64,000 nucleotides of DNA from an uncultured Microthrixaceae bacterium. GTDB taxonomy: Bacteria > Actinomycetota > Acidimicrobiia > Acidimicrobiales > DATDAH01. Below are positions 27,725 to 36,583 of this stretch, in pieces. The stretch spans positions 835,878-899,877 of the forward strand of contig CAWGLV010000001.1 in NCBI GenBank assembly GCA_963823495.1. The letters run 5' to 3'. The position numbers and the translations under genes are program-made. Each line of letters opens with the position of its first letter. The stretch's first letter is position 1. Below the pieces are notes generated by a model. That model was given only the letters and a program-made list of their open reading frames with translations, was not told the origin of the DNA and searched no databases.

Positions 27725-30292
27725 GTGACGTCGACCGCCGGGCTCACCCGGGCCGAGGTCGCGGCCCGGCTGGCGGCCGATGGCCCCAACCGTCTGTCGC
27801 CGCCCGAGCGTGAGCCGGCGTGGCGGCGGCTGGTCAGCGAGATGGTCCACTTCTTCGCCCTCATGCTGTGGGTCGCGGGGGGGCTGGCATTCGTGGCGGG
27901 GCTGCCCCAACTCGGGGTGGCGATCTTCGTCGTGGTCGTCATCAACGGCGTCTTCGCATTCGTCCAGGAGGAGCGGGCGGAGAAGGCCGCGGAGCGTCTC
28001 GGCGACCTGATGCCCGTTCGGGTGACCGTGCGCCGGGAGGGCGTCGTCGAGGTGATCGATGCGGCCGAACTGGTGGTGGGTGACGTCGTGCTGCTGTCCC
28101 CCGGTGACCGGGTGGCCGCGGATCTCGATGTCCGCGAATCCCACGACCTGCGAGTCGACGAGTCGATGCTGACCGGAGAGAGCCGGCCGAGCCGACGGGC
28201 CGAGGGAGACGAGGCGTTCGCCGGCACCTTCGTCGTCTCCGGTGAGGGCGCCGGGCTGGTCGCCGCCACGGGTGGGGCCACCCGCCTGGCGGGGATCGCG
28301 GCCCTCACGGCCGGCGTCCGGCGTCCGCCGAGCCCGCTGGCCGGTGAGCTCGCCCGGGTCGTCCGAATGGTGGCCTTCCTCGCCGTCGGCGTGGGGGTCA
28401 GCTTCTTCGGGATCTCCCTGCTCTTCGGCCAGCCGGCCAAGGACGGGTTCCTCTTCGCCATCGGGGTGACGGTCGCGCTCGTGCCCGAGGGGTTGCTGCC
28501 GACCGTCACGCTCTCCCTGGCGATGGGTGCTCAGCGCATGGCGGGACGCCACGCCCTCGTCCGCCACCTGGAGGCCGTCGAGACCCTGGGCTCGACCACG
28601 GTTGTCTGCACGGACAAGACCGGGACGCTCACCCGCAACCAGATGAACGTGGTGACGGTCTGGACCCCGGAGGGCTCGGTGTCGGTCGTCGGGGAGGGCT
28701 ATGAACCGACGGCCGTGGTCGACGGCCCGCCCGACGCGCGGGCCCGGGCCCAGGCGGCGGCGGGAGCGGCCGTGTCCTGTGTGCAGGGCCGAGCCGCCCG
28801 TCGGGACGGCGAGTGGGTGGCCATCGGTGACCCGATGGAGGCCGCGCTCGACGCCCTGGCCCATCGACTGGGCGATGCGCAGCCGGCGGAGGACGTCGAG
28901 GCCCGTCGGCGCTTCGCCTTCGACCCCGTGCGCCGGCGATCGTCGGTGCTGACCGCCGATGCACTGTTGGTCGTGGGCGCGCCGGACTCGGTGTTGCCCC
29001 GTTGCCTCGACACGAGCGGCGCGAGGACCGCGCTGGACGGGTTGGCGGCCCGGGGACTGAGGGTGCTGGCGACGGCCCGCCGACCCGCCGGCGCCGTGGC
29101 GGCCGAGGCCGCCGCCGACGACGCCGAGTCCGACCTCGAGCTCCTCGGCCTCATCGGGCTCCACGACCCACCCCGGGTCGGTGTCGAACACGCCGTGGCC
29201 GCGTGCCGGGCCTCGGGCGTGCGCCTGATCATGGTCACCGGGGACCACCCGGCCACCGCGGCGGCTATCGCCCATCAGGTCGGCCTCGCCCTCGGTGAGG
29301 CCCCGGCCGTCGAGGGCCGGGACCTGCCGGAGGACGACGATGGCCTGGCCGGGCTCCTGGCCGCCGACGGCGTGGTCATCAGCCGGGTGACCCCCGAGGA
29401 CAAGCTCCGCATCGCCCGCGTGTTGCAGGAGCACGGCGACGTGGTGGCCATGACGGGAGACGGGGTCAACGACGGCCCGGCGCTCCGCGAGGCCGACATC
29501 GGCGTGGCCATGGGTCGATCGGGGACCGACGTGGCCCGGGAGGCCGCCGACCTGGTGCTGCTGGACGACGACTTCGCCACGATCGTGGCCGCCATCGGCC
29601 AGGGCCGGGCCACCTTCAGCAACATCCGGCGCTTTCTCACCTACCACCTGACCGACAACGTGGCCGAGCTGACCCCGTTCGTGATCTGGGCCCTGTCCGG
29701 CGGCCGCTTCCCCCTGGCGCTGGGTGTGCTGCAGATCCTCTTCCTCGACATCGGCACCGATCTCCTGCCGGCCCTGGCCCTCGGGGCGGAGCCGCCGACC
29801 CAGGGCGCGTTGTCCCGCCCACCGGAGGGTCGCCACCTCCTCGACGCCCCGTTGCTGCGTCGGGTGTTCGGGGTGCTCGGCCCCGCCGAGGCCCTTCTGG
29901 AGATGACCGCGTTCGTCGTCGCCCTGGTCCTGGCCGGATGGCGCCCGGGCGACTCGTTCCCCACGGGCCATGCCCTGCTGGCGGCCTCCGGCGCGGCGTT
30001 CAGTGCAGTGGTGTTCGGGCAGATGGCGAATGCCTTCGCCTGCCGCAGCGCCACCGTTCCACCGTGGCGGTTGGGCTGGACCAGCAACCGGCTCCTGCTG
30101 GGGGCGGTCACCGTCGAGCTGGTGGCCCTCGCCGGCTTCCTGCTCCTCCCGTTCATGGCCGACCTGCTCGACCAGGCGTTCCCGCCGTGGCCCGCCTTCC
30201 TGGTGGCGCTCGGGGCGGCACCCGCGGTCCTGGTCGCCGATGCCGCGCACAAGCACCGTCGGGCCCGCCGTCGAGCCGCACGGGTGGGATGA
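27725..30292 (+). CDS. P2-type cation-transporting P-type ATPase (CtpF/Ca2+-ATPase-like)
   Basis: 855 aa with PEGLLPT (TM4), the phosphorylation site CTDKTGTLT, MVTGDHPATA and MTGDGVNDGPALREADIGVAMG. Confidence 0.9.
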   Translation: MTSTAGLTRAEVAARLAADGPNRLSPPEREPAWRRLVSEMVHFFALMLWVAGGLAFVAGLPQLGVAIFVVVVINGVFAFVQEERAEKAAERLGDLMPVRVTVRREGVVEVIDAAELVVGDVVLLSPGDRVAADLDVRESHDLRVDESMLTGESRPSRRAEGDEAFAGTFVVSGEGAGLVAATGGATRLAGIAALTAGVRRPPSPLAGELARVVRMVAFLAVGVGVSFFGISLLFGQPAKDGFLFAIGVTVALVPEGLLPTVTLSLAMGAQRMAGRHALVRHLEAVETLGSTTVVCTDKTGTLTRNQMNVVTVWTPEGSVSVVGEGYEPTAVVDGPPDARARAQAAAGAAVSCVQGRAARRDGEWVAIGDPMEAALDALAHRLGDAQPAEDVEARRRFAFDPVRRRSSVLTADALLVVGAPDSVLPRCLDTSGARTALDGLAARGLRVLATARRPAGAVAAEAAADDAESDLELLGLIGLHDPPRVGVEHAVAACRASGVRLIMVTGDHPATAAAIAHQVGLALGEAPAVEGRDLPEDDDGLAGLLAADGVVISRVTPEDKLRIARVLQEHGDVVAMTGDGVNDGPALREADIGVAMGRSGTDVAREAADLVLLDDDFATIVAAIGQGRATFSNIRRFLTYHLTDNVAELTPFVIWALSGGRFPLALGVLQILFLDIGTDLLPALALGAEPPTQGALSRPPEGRHLLDAPLLRRVFGVLGPAEALLEMTAFVVALVLAGWRPGDSFPTGHALLAASGAAFSAVVFGQMANAFACRSATVPPWRLGWTSNRLLLGAVTVELVALAGFLLLPFMADLLDQAFPPWPAFLVALGAAPAVLVADAAHKHRRARRRAARVG

Positions 30293-30339
30293 TCGGGCGG
30301 TGACCTGGCCGGCGGTGATCCCGCTCGGCCCGCTCAACC

Positions 30340-30391
30340 CGAACTGGCGCCTGATTGCGGCGTCAGGGCACGGCGATCGGGCGCCAGAACG
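30340..30391 (+). repeat. 52-nt palindromic intergenic element, type 1, copy B
   Basis: CGAACTGGCGCC TGATTGCGGCGTCAGGGCACGGCGATCG GGCGCCAGAACG. It has the same length and orientation as copy A and shares the GATTGCGGCGTC core and both arms. It begins 47 nt after the ATPase stop. Confidence 0.75.
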
Positions 30392-30516
30392 AGGTCCCGG
30401 GTCATAGGTGCCCGAGTCGGCCTGGCCGGAGGCCCACGAGGCCCTGCTCACCGGCCGCCTTCCCAAGACCGCCCGGACGCTCACCACGCTCTGACCTCGG
30501 CCATGACCGGCTGCTG

Positions 30517-30900
30517 ATGGTGCGAGCCGCGTCGACTCGCGCCATGCTGGTGGCCGTGAGCGAGACCACCGCGGCTCCCGTGACCGCGCCGTCCCCTGCG
30601 TACACCGAGGCCGAGGCGACGGCGGCCTTCAGCGCCTCGGTGGTGATCTCCGGGGTCCGCTGCCTGTTCGCCTATGTGCTGCTGCCGTGGGTGCTGCCAC
30701 TGTTGGGCATCGCCGGCGACTGGGGCCCGTGGCTGGGCCTGATCGTCGGCCCGATCGCCATCGTGTTCAACGTGCTCAGCATCCGGCGGTTCCAGCGCAG
30801 CGGGCACAAGTGGCGCTGGCCCATCACCGCGATCAACCTCACGATCATCGTCCTGCTCGTGGTCCTCACCTTCCAGGACGTGTCCTCCATCGTCTCGTGA
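30517..30900 (+). CDS. Small membrane protein, unknown function
   Basis: Hydrophobic C-terminal part of track ORF 30355..30900 (VRCLFAYVLLPWVLPLLGIAGDWGPWLGLIVGPIAIVF...). The start is ATG at 30517 or 30544. The upstream part overlaps repeat copy B and looks non-coding. Confidence 0.55.
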   Translation: MVRAASTRAMLVAVSETTAAPVTAPSPAYTEAEATAAFSASVVISGVRCLFAYVLLPWVLPLLGIAGDWGPWLGLIVGPIAIVFNVLSIRRFQRSGHKWRWPITAINLTIIVLLVVLTFQDVSSIVS

Positions 30901-31328
30901 CCGCCGCGCCTGCCGACCGGTCGCCGAACGTGGCCGCACGGGCGGGCTGGCTGGCTCTCGGGCTGGCCTGTGTGGGTCTGGGAGGTCTGGGGATCGTGGT
31001 CCCGGGACTGCCCACCACCATCTTCTTCATCGCCGCCGCGGCCTGCTTCGCGCGCAGCAACGCCCGTCTCGAGACGTGGGTGCTCGGCCTCCGGGGGATC
31101 GGCCCGATGGTCCAGGATCACCGCGAAGGGCTGGGCATGCCCCGCCGGGCGAAGGTGATCGCCACCGCGTGCATCCTCGGTTCGGTCACCCTCGGGCTGT
31201 TCCTCGCCATCCGCCAGCCGCTGGTGGTCGGTGCCGTGGTGGTCGCGGCGCTCGTCGGCATCGGCACCATCTGGTGGCGGGTGCCGACCCGTGAAGTGGT
31301 CCTCCGCCCACCGGAGGTGCGCCCGTGA
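30897..31328 (+). CDS. DUF454 (YbaN-like) inner membrane protein
   Basis: GTG at 30897 (GTGA overlap). GLGGLGIVVPGLPTTIFFIAAAACFARSNARLETWV is characteristic of the YbaN family. Confidence 0.75.
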   Translation: MTAAPADRSPNVAARAGWLALGLACVGLGGLGIVVPGLPTTIFFIAAAACFARSNARLETWVLGLRGIGPMVQDHREGLGMPRRAKVIATACILGSVTLGLFLAIRQPLVVGAVVVAALVGIGTIWWRVPTREVVLRPPEVRP

Positions 31329-31389
31329 CGGGGCGGGCCATGGCCTCGGGGGGGGCGTTCACCGGCCTCGGATCCGCCCCACGGCGGGT

Positions 31390-31995
31390 TCAGTCGGCGG
31401 TGCCGGTCTCCAGAGCGGCCTTGATCCGGTCGAGGGTGGCGTCGTCGAGGTTGGCGTAGACCAGTGCCGCGCCGGTGAAGCGACCGGCTTCGGCCACGAG
31501 GGCATTGCGGTCGAGGTCCTCGGCGAGCAGGGCCACGGTGGCGGTGTCGGGTTGCACGGCCTGGCGGAACCAGCCCACCCACTCATCGGAGATGCCCAGG
31601 TCGACGACCTTGGCGGTGACCGCCCCGGCCCCGGCGCCCACCGCGAGGCCGGCGGCCCAGCCGACCGGTCCGCCGAGCACGAGGCCGAACAGCCCGGCCC
31701 ACAGGGCCCCGGACAGGGCGCTGCGCCCCAGCTCGGGGTCGATGGTCTCCTTCACGTGGGTCTTGCCGTCGGCGTCCTTGACGACGAGGACGGCGTCCTT
31801 CAGCTTCAGGCTGCCCTTGGCGGCCAGGCCGGACGCCGCGGTCAGGAACTCCTGGGCCCGGAAGATGTCCGGGAAGGAGATGCCCACGAGGGTCTGGGGG
31901 ATGCCCTCGTCGGTCTGGCCGTCGGCCGCGGTCTCGGTCTCGTCGTCGGTCCCGCCGTCGGGTCGGGACTCGGCCTGCGGTTCCCTGTCGGTCAC
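31390..31995 (-). CDS. DUF1269 family membrane protein
   Basis: 201 aa. LVGISFPDIFRAQEFL...LKDAVLVVKDADGK plus the Gly-rich TM segment (GALWAGLFGLVLGGPVGWAAGLAVGAGAG) match the family. The acidic N-terminal 36 aa may be non-coding, with GTG at 31887 as an alternative start. Confidence 0.75.
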   Translation of the reverse strand: MTDREPQAESRPDGGTDDETETAADGQTDEGIPQTLVGISFPDIFRAQEFLTAASGLAAKGSLKLKDAVLVVKDADGKTHVKETIDPELGRSALSGALWAGLFGLVLGGPVGWAAGLAVGAGAGAVTAKVVDLGISDEWVGWFRQAVQPDTATVALLAEDLDRNALVAEAGRFTGAALVYANLDDATLDRIKAALETGTAD

Positions 31996-32036
31996 CTGCC
32001 CAGCCTAGAGAGCGCCGTGGATTACCGTCCGCCGCC

Positions 32037-33488
32037 GTGGTCGACCCCTCGAGCGAACCCATCGATCCCGTCCGTGCCGGAGACGTCGAGGCGTGGGACG
32101 ACGCCGCCGACGTCGTGGTCGTCGGTCTCGGTGTGGCGGGGACCTGTGCCGCCATCGAGGCGGCCGAGGACGGTGCGGACGTGCTGGCCCTCGAGCGGTC
32201 CAGCGCCGGTGGCGGGACCTCGGCCCACTCCGGCGGGATCATCTACCTGGGGGGTGGGACACCGATCCAGCAGGCCTGCGGCTTCGACGACACGCCCGAG
32301 GACATGTTCGCCTTCCTCGTCGCGGCCTGCGGTCCCGGGGCCGACGACGCCAAGATCCGGCCCTACTGCGACGAGTCGGTCGACCACTACCACTGGCTCG
32401 TCGATCACGGACTGCCGTTCAAGGCCGAGTTCTTCGAGGAGCGTGACCGCGAGCCACCGACCGATGCCGGCCTCGTCTACAGCGGCGGGGAGGACAGCTG
32501 GCCGTTCAGTGAGGTGGCGTCCGGGGTGCCCCGCGGTCACCACCCCCGGTACCCGGATGCGGCCGGTGGGTTCATCATGGAGTGCCTGCTGGCGGCGCTG
32601 GAACGGACCACGGCCCGCGTGCGCACCGGGGTGCGGGTCGAGCGCCTCGTGGTCGACGACGAAGGTGCCGTGGTCGGGGTCATCAGCCGACAGGACGGTG
32701 AACGCCGCGCCATGCGGGCCCGCAACGGCGTCGTGCTCACCGCCGGCGGTTTCATCCACAACCCGGCCATGGTCGACCGGCACACGCCGAAGGCGGCGCA
32801 CTGTGTCTTCTACGTGGGTACCGACACCGACGACGGAAGCGGCATCCGGCTGGGCATGGGGGCCGGCGGGGCGGCGGTCGACCTCGACGCGCTGGAGTGC
32901 TCGCTGCCCCTCAACCCGCCCCGCAGGATCTCCGTCGGGATCCTCGTGAACGGGAAGGGCGAGCGTTTCATCAACGAGGACACCTACAACGGTCGCATCG
33001 GTCTGGAGATCCTCCTCGGTCAGGACGAGGAGGCCTATCTCGTGTTCGACGAGGAGGGCTACGTCGTCAACGCCGTGGGGATGCGGGCCACCTGGGTGTG
33101 TGAGAGCGCCACGGAACTGGCCGGGGAGATCGGCCTGCCCGTCGGCGCCCTCGAAGCCACCCTCGATCGCTACAACGACGCCGCATCCCGGGGCGAGGAC
33201 CCGGACTTCCACAAGGTGCCGGAACTGGTACGCCCGCTTGTCCCGCCCCTCGGCGCCATCGATCTCCGGGTCGCCAACGCCATCTACGCCCCGTTCACCC
33301 TCGGCGGCCTGGACACCACGCCCGACGGCGAGGTGCGGGGGTCCGACGGGACGGTCGTCGACGGCCTCTATGCCGCGGGCCGCACCACTCGGGGAATCGC
33401 GGTCCGGGGATACGTCAGCGGCATCTCCCTGGGCGACGGCAGCTTCTTCGGTCGTCGCGCCGGCCGGGCCGCCGCGAGCGTCACCTGA
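32037..33488 (+). CDS. FAD-dependent oxidoreductase (KstD / fumarate-reductase flavoprotein-like)
   Basis: 483 aa. The dinucleotide fold is VVVVGLGVAGTCAAIEAAEDGADVLALE and GGTSAHSGG, and the C-terminal motif is GLYAAG. Confidence 0.85.
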   Translation: MVDPSSEPIDPVRAGDVEAWDDAADVVVVGLGVAGTCAAIEAAEDGADVLALERSSAGGGTSAHSGGIIYLGGGTPIQQACGFDDTPEDMFAFLVAACGPGADDAKIRPYCDESVDHYHWLVDHGLPFKAEFFEERDREPPTDAGLVYSGGEDSWPFSEVASGVPRGHHPRYPDAAGGFIMECLLAALERTTARVRTGVRVERLVVDDEGAVVGVISRQDGERRAMRARNGVVLTAGGFIHNPAMVDRHTPKAAHCVFYVGTDTDDGSGIRLGMGAGGAAVDLDALECSLPLNPPRRISVGILVNGKGERFINEDTYNGRIGLEILLGQDEEAYLVFDEEGYVVNAVGMRATWVCESATELAGEIGLPVGALEATLDRYNDAASRGEDPDFHKVPELVRPLVPPLGAIDLRVANAIYAPFTLGGLDTTPDGEVRGSDGTVVDGLYAAGRTTRGIAVRGYVSGISLGDGSFFGRRAGRAAASVT

Positions 33489-33551
33489 CTCGTCCTGGGG
33501 TGAGGCGTGGTGTTGCCGGCGCGGTCCCGGCGCACCCCGAACGGGGCCCGG

Positions 33552-34442
33552 TCAGCGGGTGGTGAGGACGTCGGTGGTGCGGTGGAGGCAGTCGGCGTCG
33601 ATGGTGCCGGGGACCAGCACGAACTCGTCACAGCCGGCTTGGGCCGCACCGTCGAGGACGTCCTCGAGCGCGCCGACCGAGGCCACCCGGCAGGTGACGG
33701 CCATGGCCTCCGCGACCTCGGCCCCGAAGATCGCCAGGTAGCGACGGGCGAAGGCCTGGAGCGTCGCCTCCGCCCGGGCGTCGTCCCCGTCGAGGACGTA
33801 GAAGCAGCCGGTCACCCGCCGGGGCGGGGTCGTGCGCCCGGCCTCGGTCCAGGCCTGCTCCGCCAGCCGGAAGTTGGCCGCCATGTCGCCGACCGTGCCC
33901 GACACGCTGAAGCCGCTCACCCCGTCGGCCCAGCGGGCGGCGCGGGCCATCGCCTTGGGTCCCGTCGCCCCGGCCAGGATCGGGACGGCCGGGCCCTGGG
34001 CCGGGGCCGGGCCGACCGGGTCCGCCCGCTCGAACGGAGGCTCGCCGGACCACAGCCGACGGAGCTCGGCCACCTGCTGGTCGAGGAGGGCGTGTCGCCC
34101 CTCGGTCGGGCGTTCGGCGGCCCGGAAGTCATGGCCTCGGCCGCCGACGCCGACGCCGACGGTCAGCCGGCCACCCGAGAGCTGGTCGAGGGTCGCCAAC
34201 TGCTTGGCCACCACGGCGACGGGGTGGGCGGGCAACACGACCAGGTTGGCGAAGATCCGGACCCGCTCGGTGACGGTGGCGGCGGCCGCGAGGGTGACCA
34301 GCCAGTCGGGGTTGCCGAAGGTGATCCGCTCCCCGGTGGACAGCGTGGTGAAGGGGCCGGCGTCGATGGCCCGCGCCCAGTCGAGGGTGGTGGCCACCGT
34401 GTACCCCGGGGCCATGGTGGGAAGGGACAGGCCGACGTCCAT
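33552..34442 (-). CDS. Luciferase-like monooxygenase (LLM) family oxidoreductase, probably F420-dependent
   Basis: 296 aa with MDVGLSLPT... and LDQLSGGRLTVGVGVGG, typical of the LLM class. Confidence 0.85.
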   Translation of the reverse strand: MDVGLSLPTMAPGYTVATTLDWARAIDAGPFTTLSTGERITFGNPDWLVTLAAAATVTERVRIFANLVVLPAHPVAVVAKQLATLDQLSGGRLTVGVGVGGRGHDFRAAERPTEGRHALLDQQVAELRRLWSGEPPFERADPVGPAPAQGPAVPILAGATGPKAMARAARWADGVSGFSVSGTVGDMAANFRLAEQAWTEAGRTTPPRRVTGCFYVLDGDDARAEATLQAFARRYLAIFGAEVAEAMAVTCRVASVGALEDVLDGAAQAGCDEFVLVPGTIDADCLHRTTDVLTTR

Positions 34443-34528
34443 GGCCGCGGGACCCTACAGGCGGTCACTGCCGTCGGCCTGGTGTCGGGCCCGGTGGAAG
34501 AACGGACGCTCCCGGCGCGTTCAACCCG

Positions 34529-35554
34529 GTGATGCCGGACGCGCCCATCCTCCTGTCAGTCCTCGATCTCGCGCCGGTCGCCCGGGGCTCGACGCCGGCC
34601 GATGCCCTCGGCGCCTCCCTGCGCCTGGCCCGGGAGGTCGAGGCCCTCGGGTATCACCGCTACTGGGTGGCCGAACACCACTCGATGCCCGGCATCGCCA
34701 GCTCGTCGCCGGCGGTCCTGTTGGCCCGGGTGGCGGCAGAGACCTCGACCATCCGCCTGGGCTCGGGTGGGGTGATGTTGCCCAACCACTCACCGTTGGT
34801 GATCGCCGAGCAGTTCGGGATGCTCGAGGCCTTCGAGCCGGGTCGGATCGATCTCGGCATCGGCCGGGCCCCGGGCACCAACCCGGTGACCGCCCACGCT
34901 CTCCGCCGCGGCGCGACCGGGGCCAAGGGTGAGGATCTCCCGCGCCTGCTGGCCGAACTGGTGGCGTACTTCACCGGGGGGTTCCCCGCGGATCACCCCT
35001 ATGCCTCGGTCCACGCCACGCCCGCCAGGGGGTACCAGCCCGCCCTCTGGCTGCTCGGCTCGAGCGACTACTCGGCCCGCCTGGCCGGTGAGCTGGGCCT
35101 GCCCTTCTCCTTCGCCCACCATTTCGCCGCGGGCAACACCGAGGCGGCGCTGCAGGTCTACCGGTCGGCGTTTCGGCCCTCCGAGGTCCTCGACCAGCCC
35201 TACGTGATGCTGGGGGTCGCGGTGGTCTGTGCGCCCGATGAGGAGGAGGCCCGACGTCTGGCCCTGCCCGGAGCCCTCGCCTTCCTCCGCCTCCGCCAGG
35301 GCACCCCCGGCCTCTACCCCAGTCCGGAGGAGGCCGCCGAGTACCGGTTCACCCCCTTCGAGCGCGAGGCCGTCCGCTCCTGGACCAGCACCCATGTCGT
35401 CGGAGACCCCGGCACGGTCCGGTCCGGCCTCGACGAGCTGGTGGATCGGACGGGAGCCGACGAGCTGATGGTGACCACGATGCTGCACTCGACCGACGAC
35501 CGCATCACGTCCTACCGTCTCGTCGCCGAGGAGATGGCCCTCACGCCCGCCTGA
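34529..35554 (+). CDS. LLM-class flavin-dependent oxidoreductase
   Basis: 341 aa with GYHRYWVAEHHSMPGIASSSP and GRIDLGIGRAPG. Confidence 0.85.
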   Translation: MMPDAPILLSVLDLAPVARGSTPADALGASLRLAREVEALGYHRYWVAEHHSMPGIASSSPAVLLARVAAETSTIRLGSGGVMLPNHSPLVIAEQFGMLEAFEPGRIDLGIGRAPGTNPVTAHALRRGATGAKGEDLPRLLAELVAYFTGGFPADHPYASVHATPARGYQPALWLLGSSDYSARLAGELGLPFSFAHHFAAGNTEAALQVYRSAFRPSEVLDQPYVMLGVAVVCAPDEEEARRLALPGALAFLRLRQGTPGLYPSPEEAAEYRFTPFEREAVRSWTSTHVVGDPGTVRSGLDELVDRTGADELMVTTMLHSTDDRITSYRLVAEEMALTPA

Positions 35555-35555
35555 C

Positions 35556-35607
35556 CGTTCTGGTAACGGAACATGTCGCTGGGGGCGCACCTCTCGTCAC
35601 CAGAGCC
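35556..35607 (+). repeat. 52-nt palindromic intergenic element, type 1, diverged copy D
   Basis: CGTTCTGGTAAC...GTCACCAGAGCC. It has the same length and CGTTCTGG / CCAGA termini as copy A, but the interior differs. It lies between the convergent stops at 35554 and 35626. Confidence 0.5.
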
Positions 35608-35625
35608 GATGGACTCAACGGCGCT

Positions 35626-36552
35626 TCAGGGGTCGACGAGGGGCGCGTAGGTGTCGGGCCGACGGGTGGTCAGGAACGGGAACAGGGTGAGCCAGTCCCT
35701 GCGGGCGTCGAGGTCGAGGTCGGCCACCAGCACGGCCGGGCGGTCCCGAGGTGCCTTGACCAGTAGCCGGCCGTAGGGGTCGCTCATGAACGACGAGCCG
35801 TAGAACGTGAGCGGCGGCTCGGTACCGATGCGGTTGACCGCGACCATGAAGGTGCCGTTGGCCACGCCGTTGCCGACGATGACCTTCTCCCACAGCGGCT
35901 GGGTGTCGAAGTCGGGGTGGTCGGGCTCGCTGCCGATGGCGGTCGGGTAGACGATGACCTCGGCCCCGCCGAGGGAGTAGGCCCGGGCCAACTCGGGGAA
36001 CCACTGGTCCCAGCAGGTCGGGAAGCCGACGTGCGCGTCGCCGACCGCAACCACCGGGTAGCCGCCGTCGCCCGGGCGGAAGTACCGGTCCTCGTAGTAG
36101 CCGGCGGTGATCGGGATGTGGAGCTTGCGGGTGCGGGCCACCAGCTCGCCGCCGGGGCCCACGCAGATGGCGGTGTTGAAGCCGAGACCCCCGTCGCCGG
36201 CGTCTTCGTAGAGCGAGGCGTGGACGAAGGCCCCCGTGGTGTCGGCCAGTTCGGCGGCCAGGTCGTAGGTCGGCCCGCCCGGTAGCGGCTCGGGGGCGGC
36301 ACCGGCCGCGGAGGGCCCCTCCGGGGTCACCGCGAAGTACGGCGACAGGGTCAGCTCCTGCAGGCAGATCAGCCGGGCGCCGGCGTCCGCAGCCATGCGC
36401 ACCCCTTCGGTGAGGGCGGCCCGGTGCTCGGCGGGATCCTCGTGCCAGCGTTGCTGGACGGCGCCGACCCGGAACGGCGCGCGCGGCGGGGCCTCGACCC
36501 GGGCCGGTGAGTCGAGGGGCTGGTCGATGTGGGTGAGGAGCTCGATGGTCAT
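35626..36552 (-). CDS. aguB: N-carbamoylputrescine amidase (carbon-nitrogen hydrolase family)
   Basis: ATG at residue 65 of track ORF 35626..36744 (MTIELL...). Nitrilase-superfamily motifs are present: LICLQELT, RKLHIP and the catalytic Cys context FPTCWDQWFPE. It is adjacent to aguA. Confidence 0.85.
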   Translation of the reverse strand: MTIELLTHIDQPLDSPARVEAPPRAPFRVGAVQQRWHEDPAEHRAALTEGVRMAADAGARLICLQELTLSPYFAVTPEGPSAAGAAPEPLPGGPTYDLAAELADTTGAFVHASLYEDAGDGGLGFNTAICVGPGGELVARTRKLHIPITAGYYEDRYFRPGDGGYPVVAVGDAHVGFPTCWDQWFPELARAYSLGGAEVIVYPTAIGSEPDHPDFDTQPLWEKVIVGNGVANGTFMVAVNRIGTEPPLTFYGSSFMSDPYGRLLVKAPRDRPAVLVADLDLDARRDWLTLFPFLTTRRPDTYAPLVDP

Positions 36553-36583
36553 CGGTGCCTTCCCGGGGCGGGGTCGCCGGTCA

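Noticed and set aside
26708-30487. The longest ORF in the track (1259 aa, minus strand).
   Set aside because: It lies entirely antisense to the GerMN lipoprotein and P-type ATPase genes, both of which carry unambiguous motifs. Its translation is Arg/Gly/Pro/Asp-rich low-complexity sequence with no recognisable domain. This is the typical stop-poor shadow frame of GC-rich DNA.
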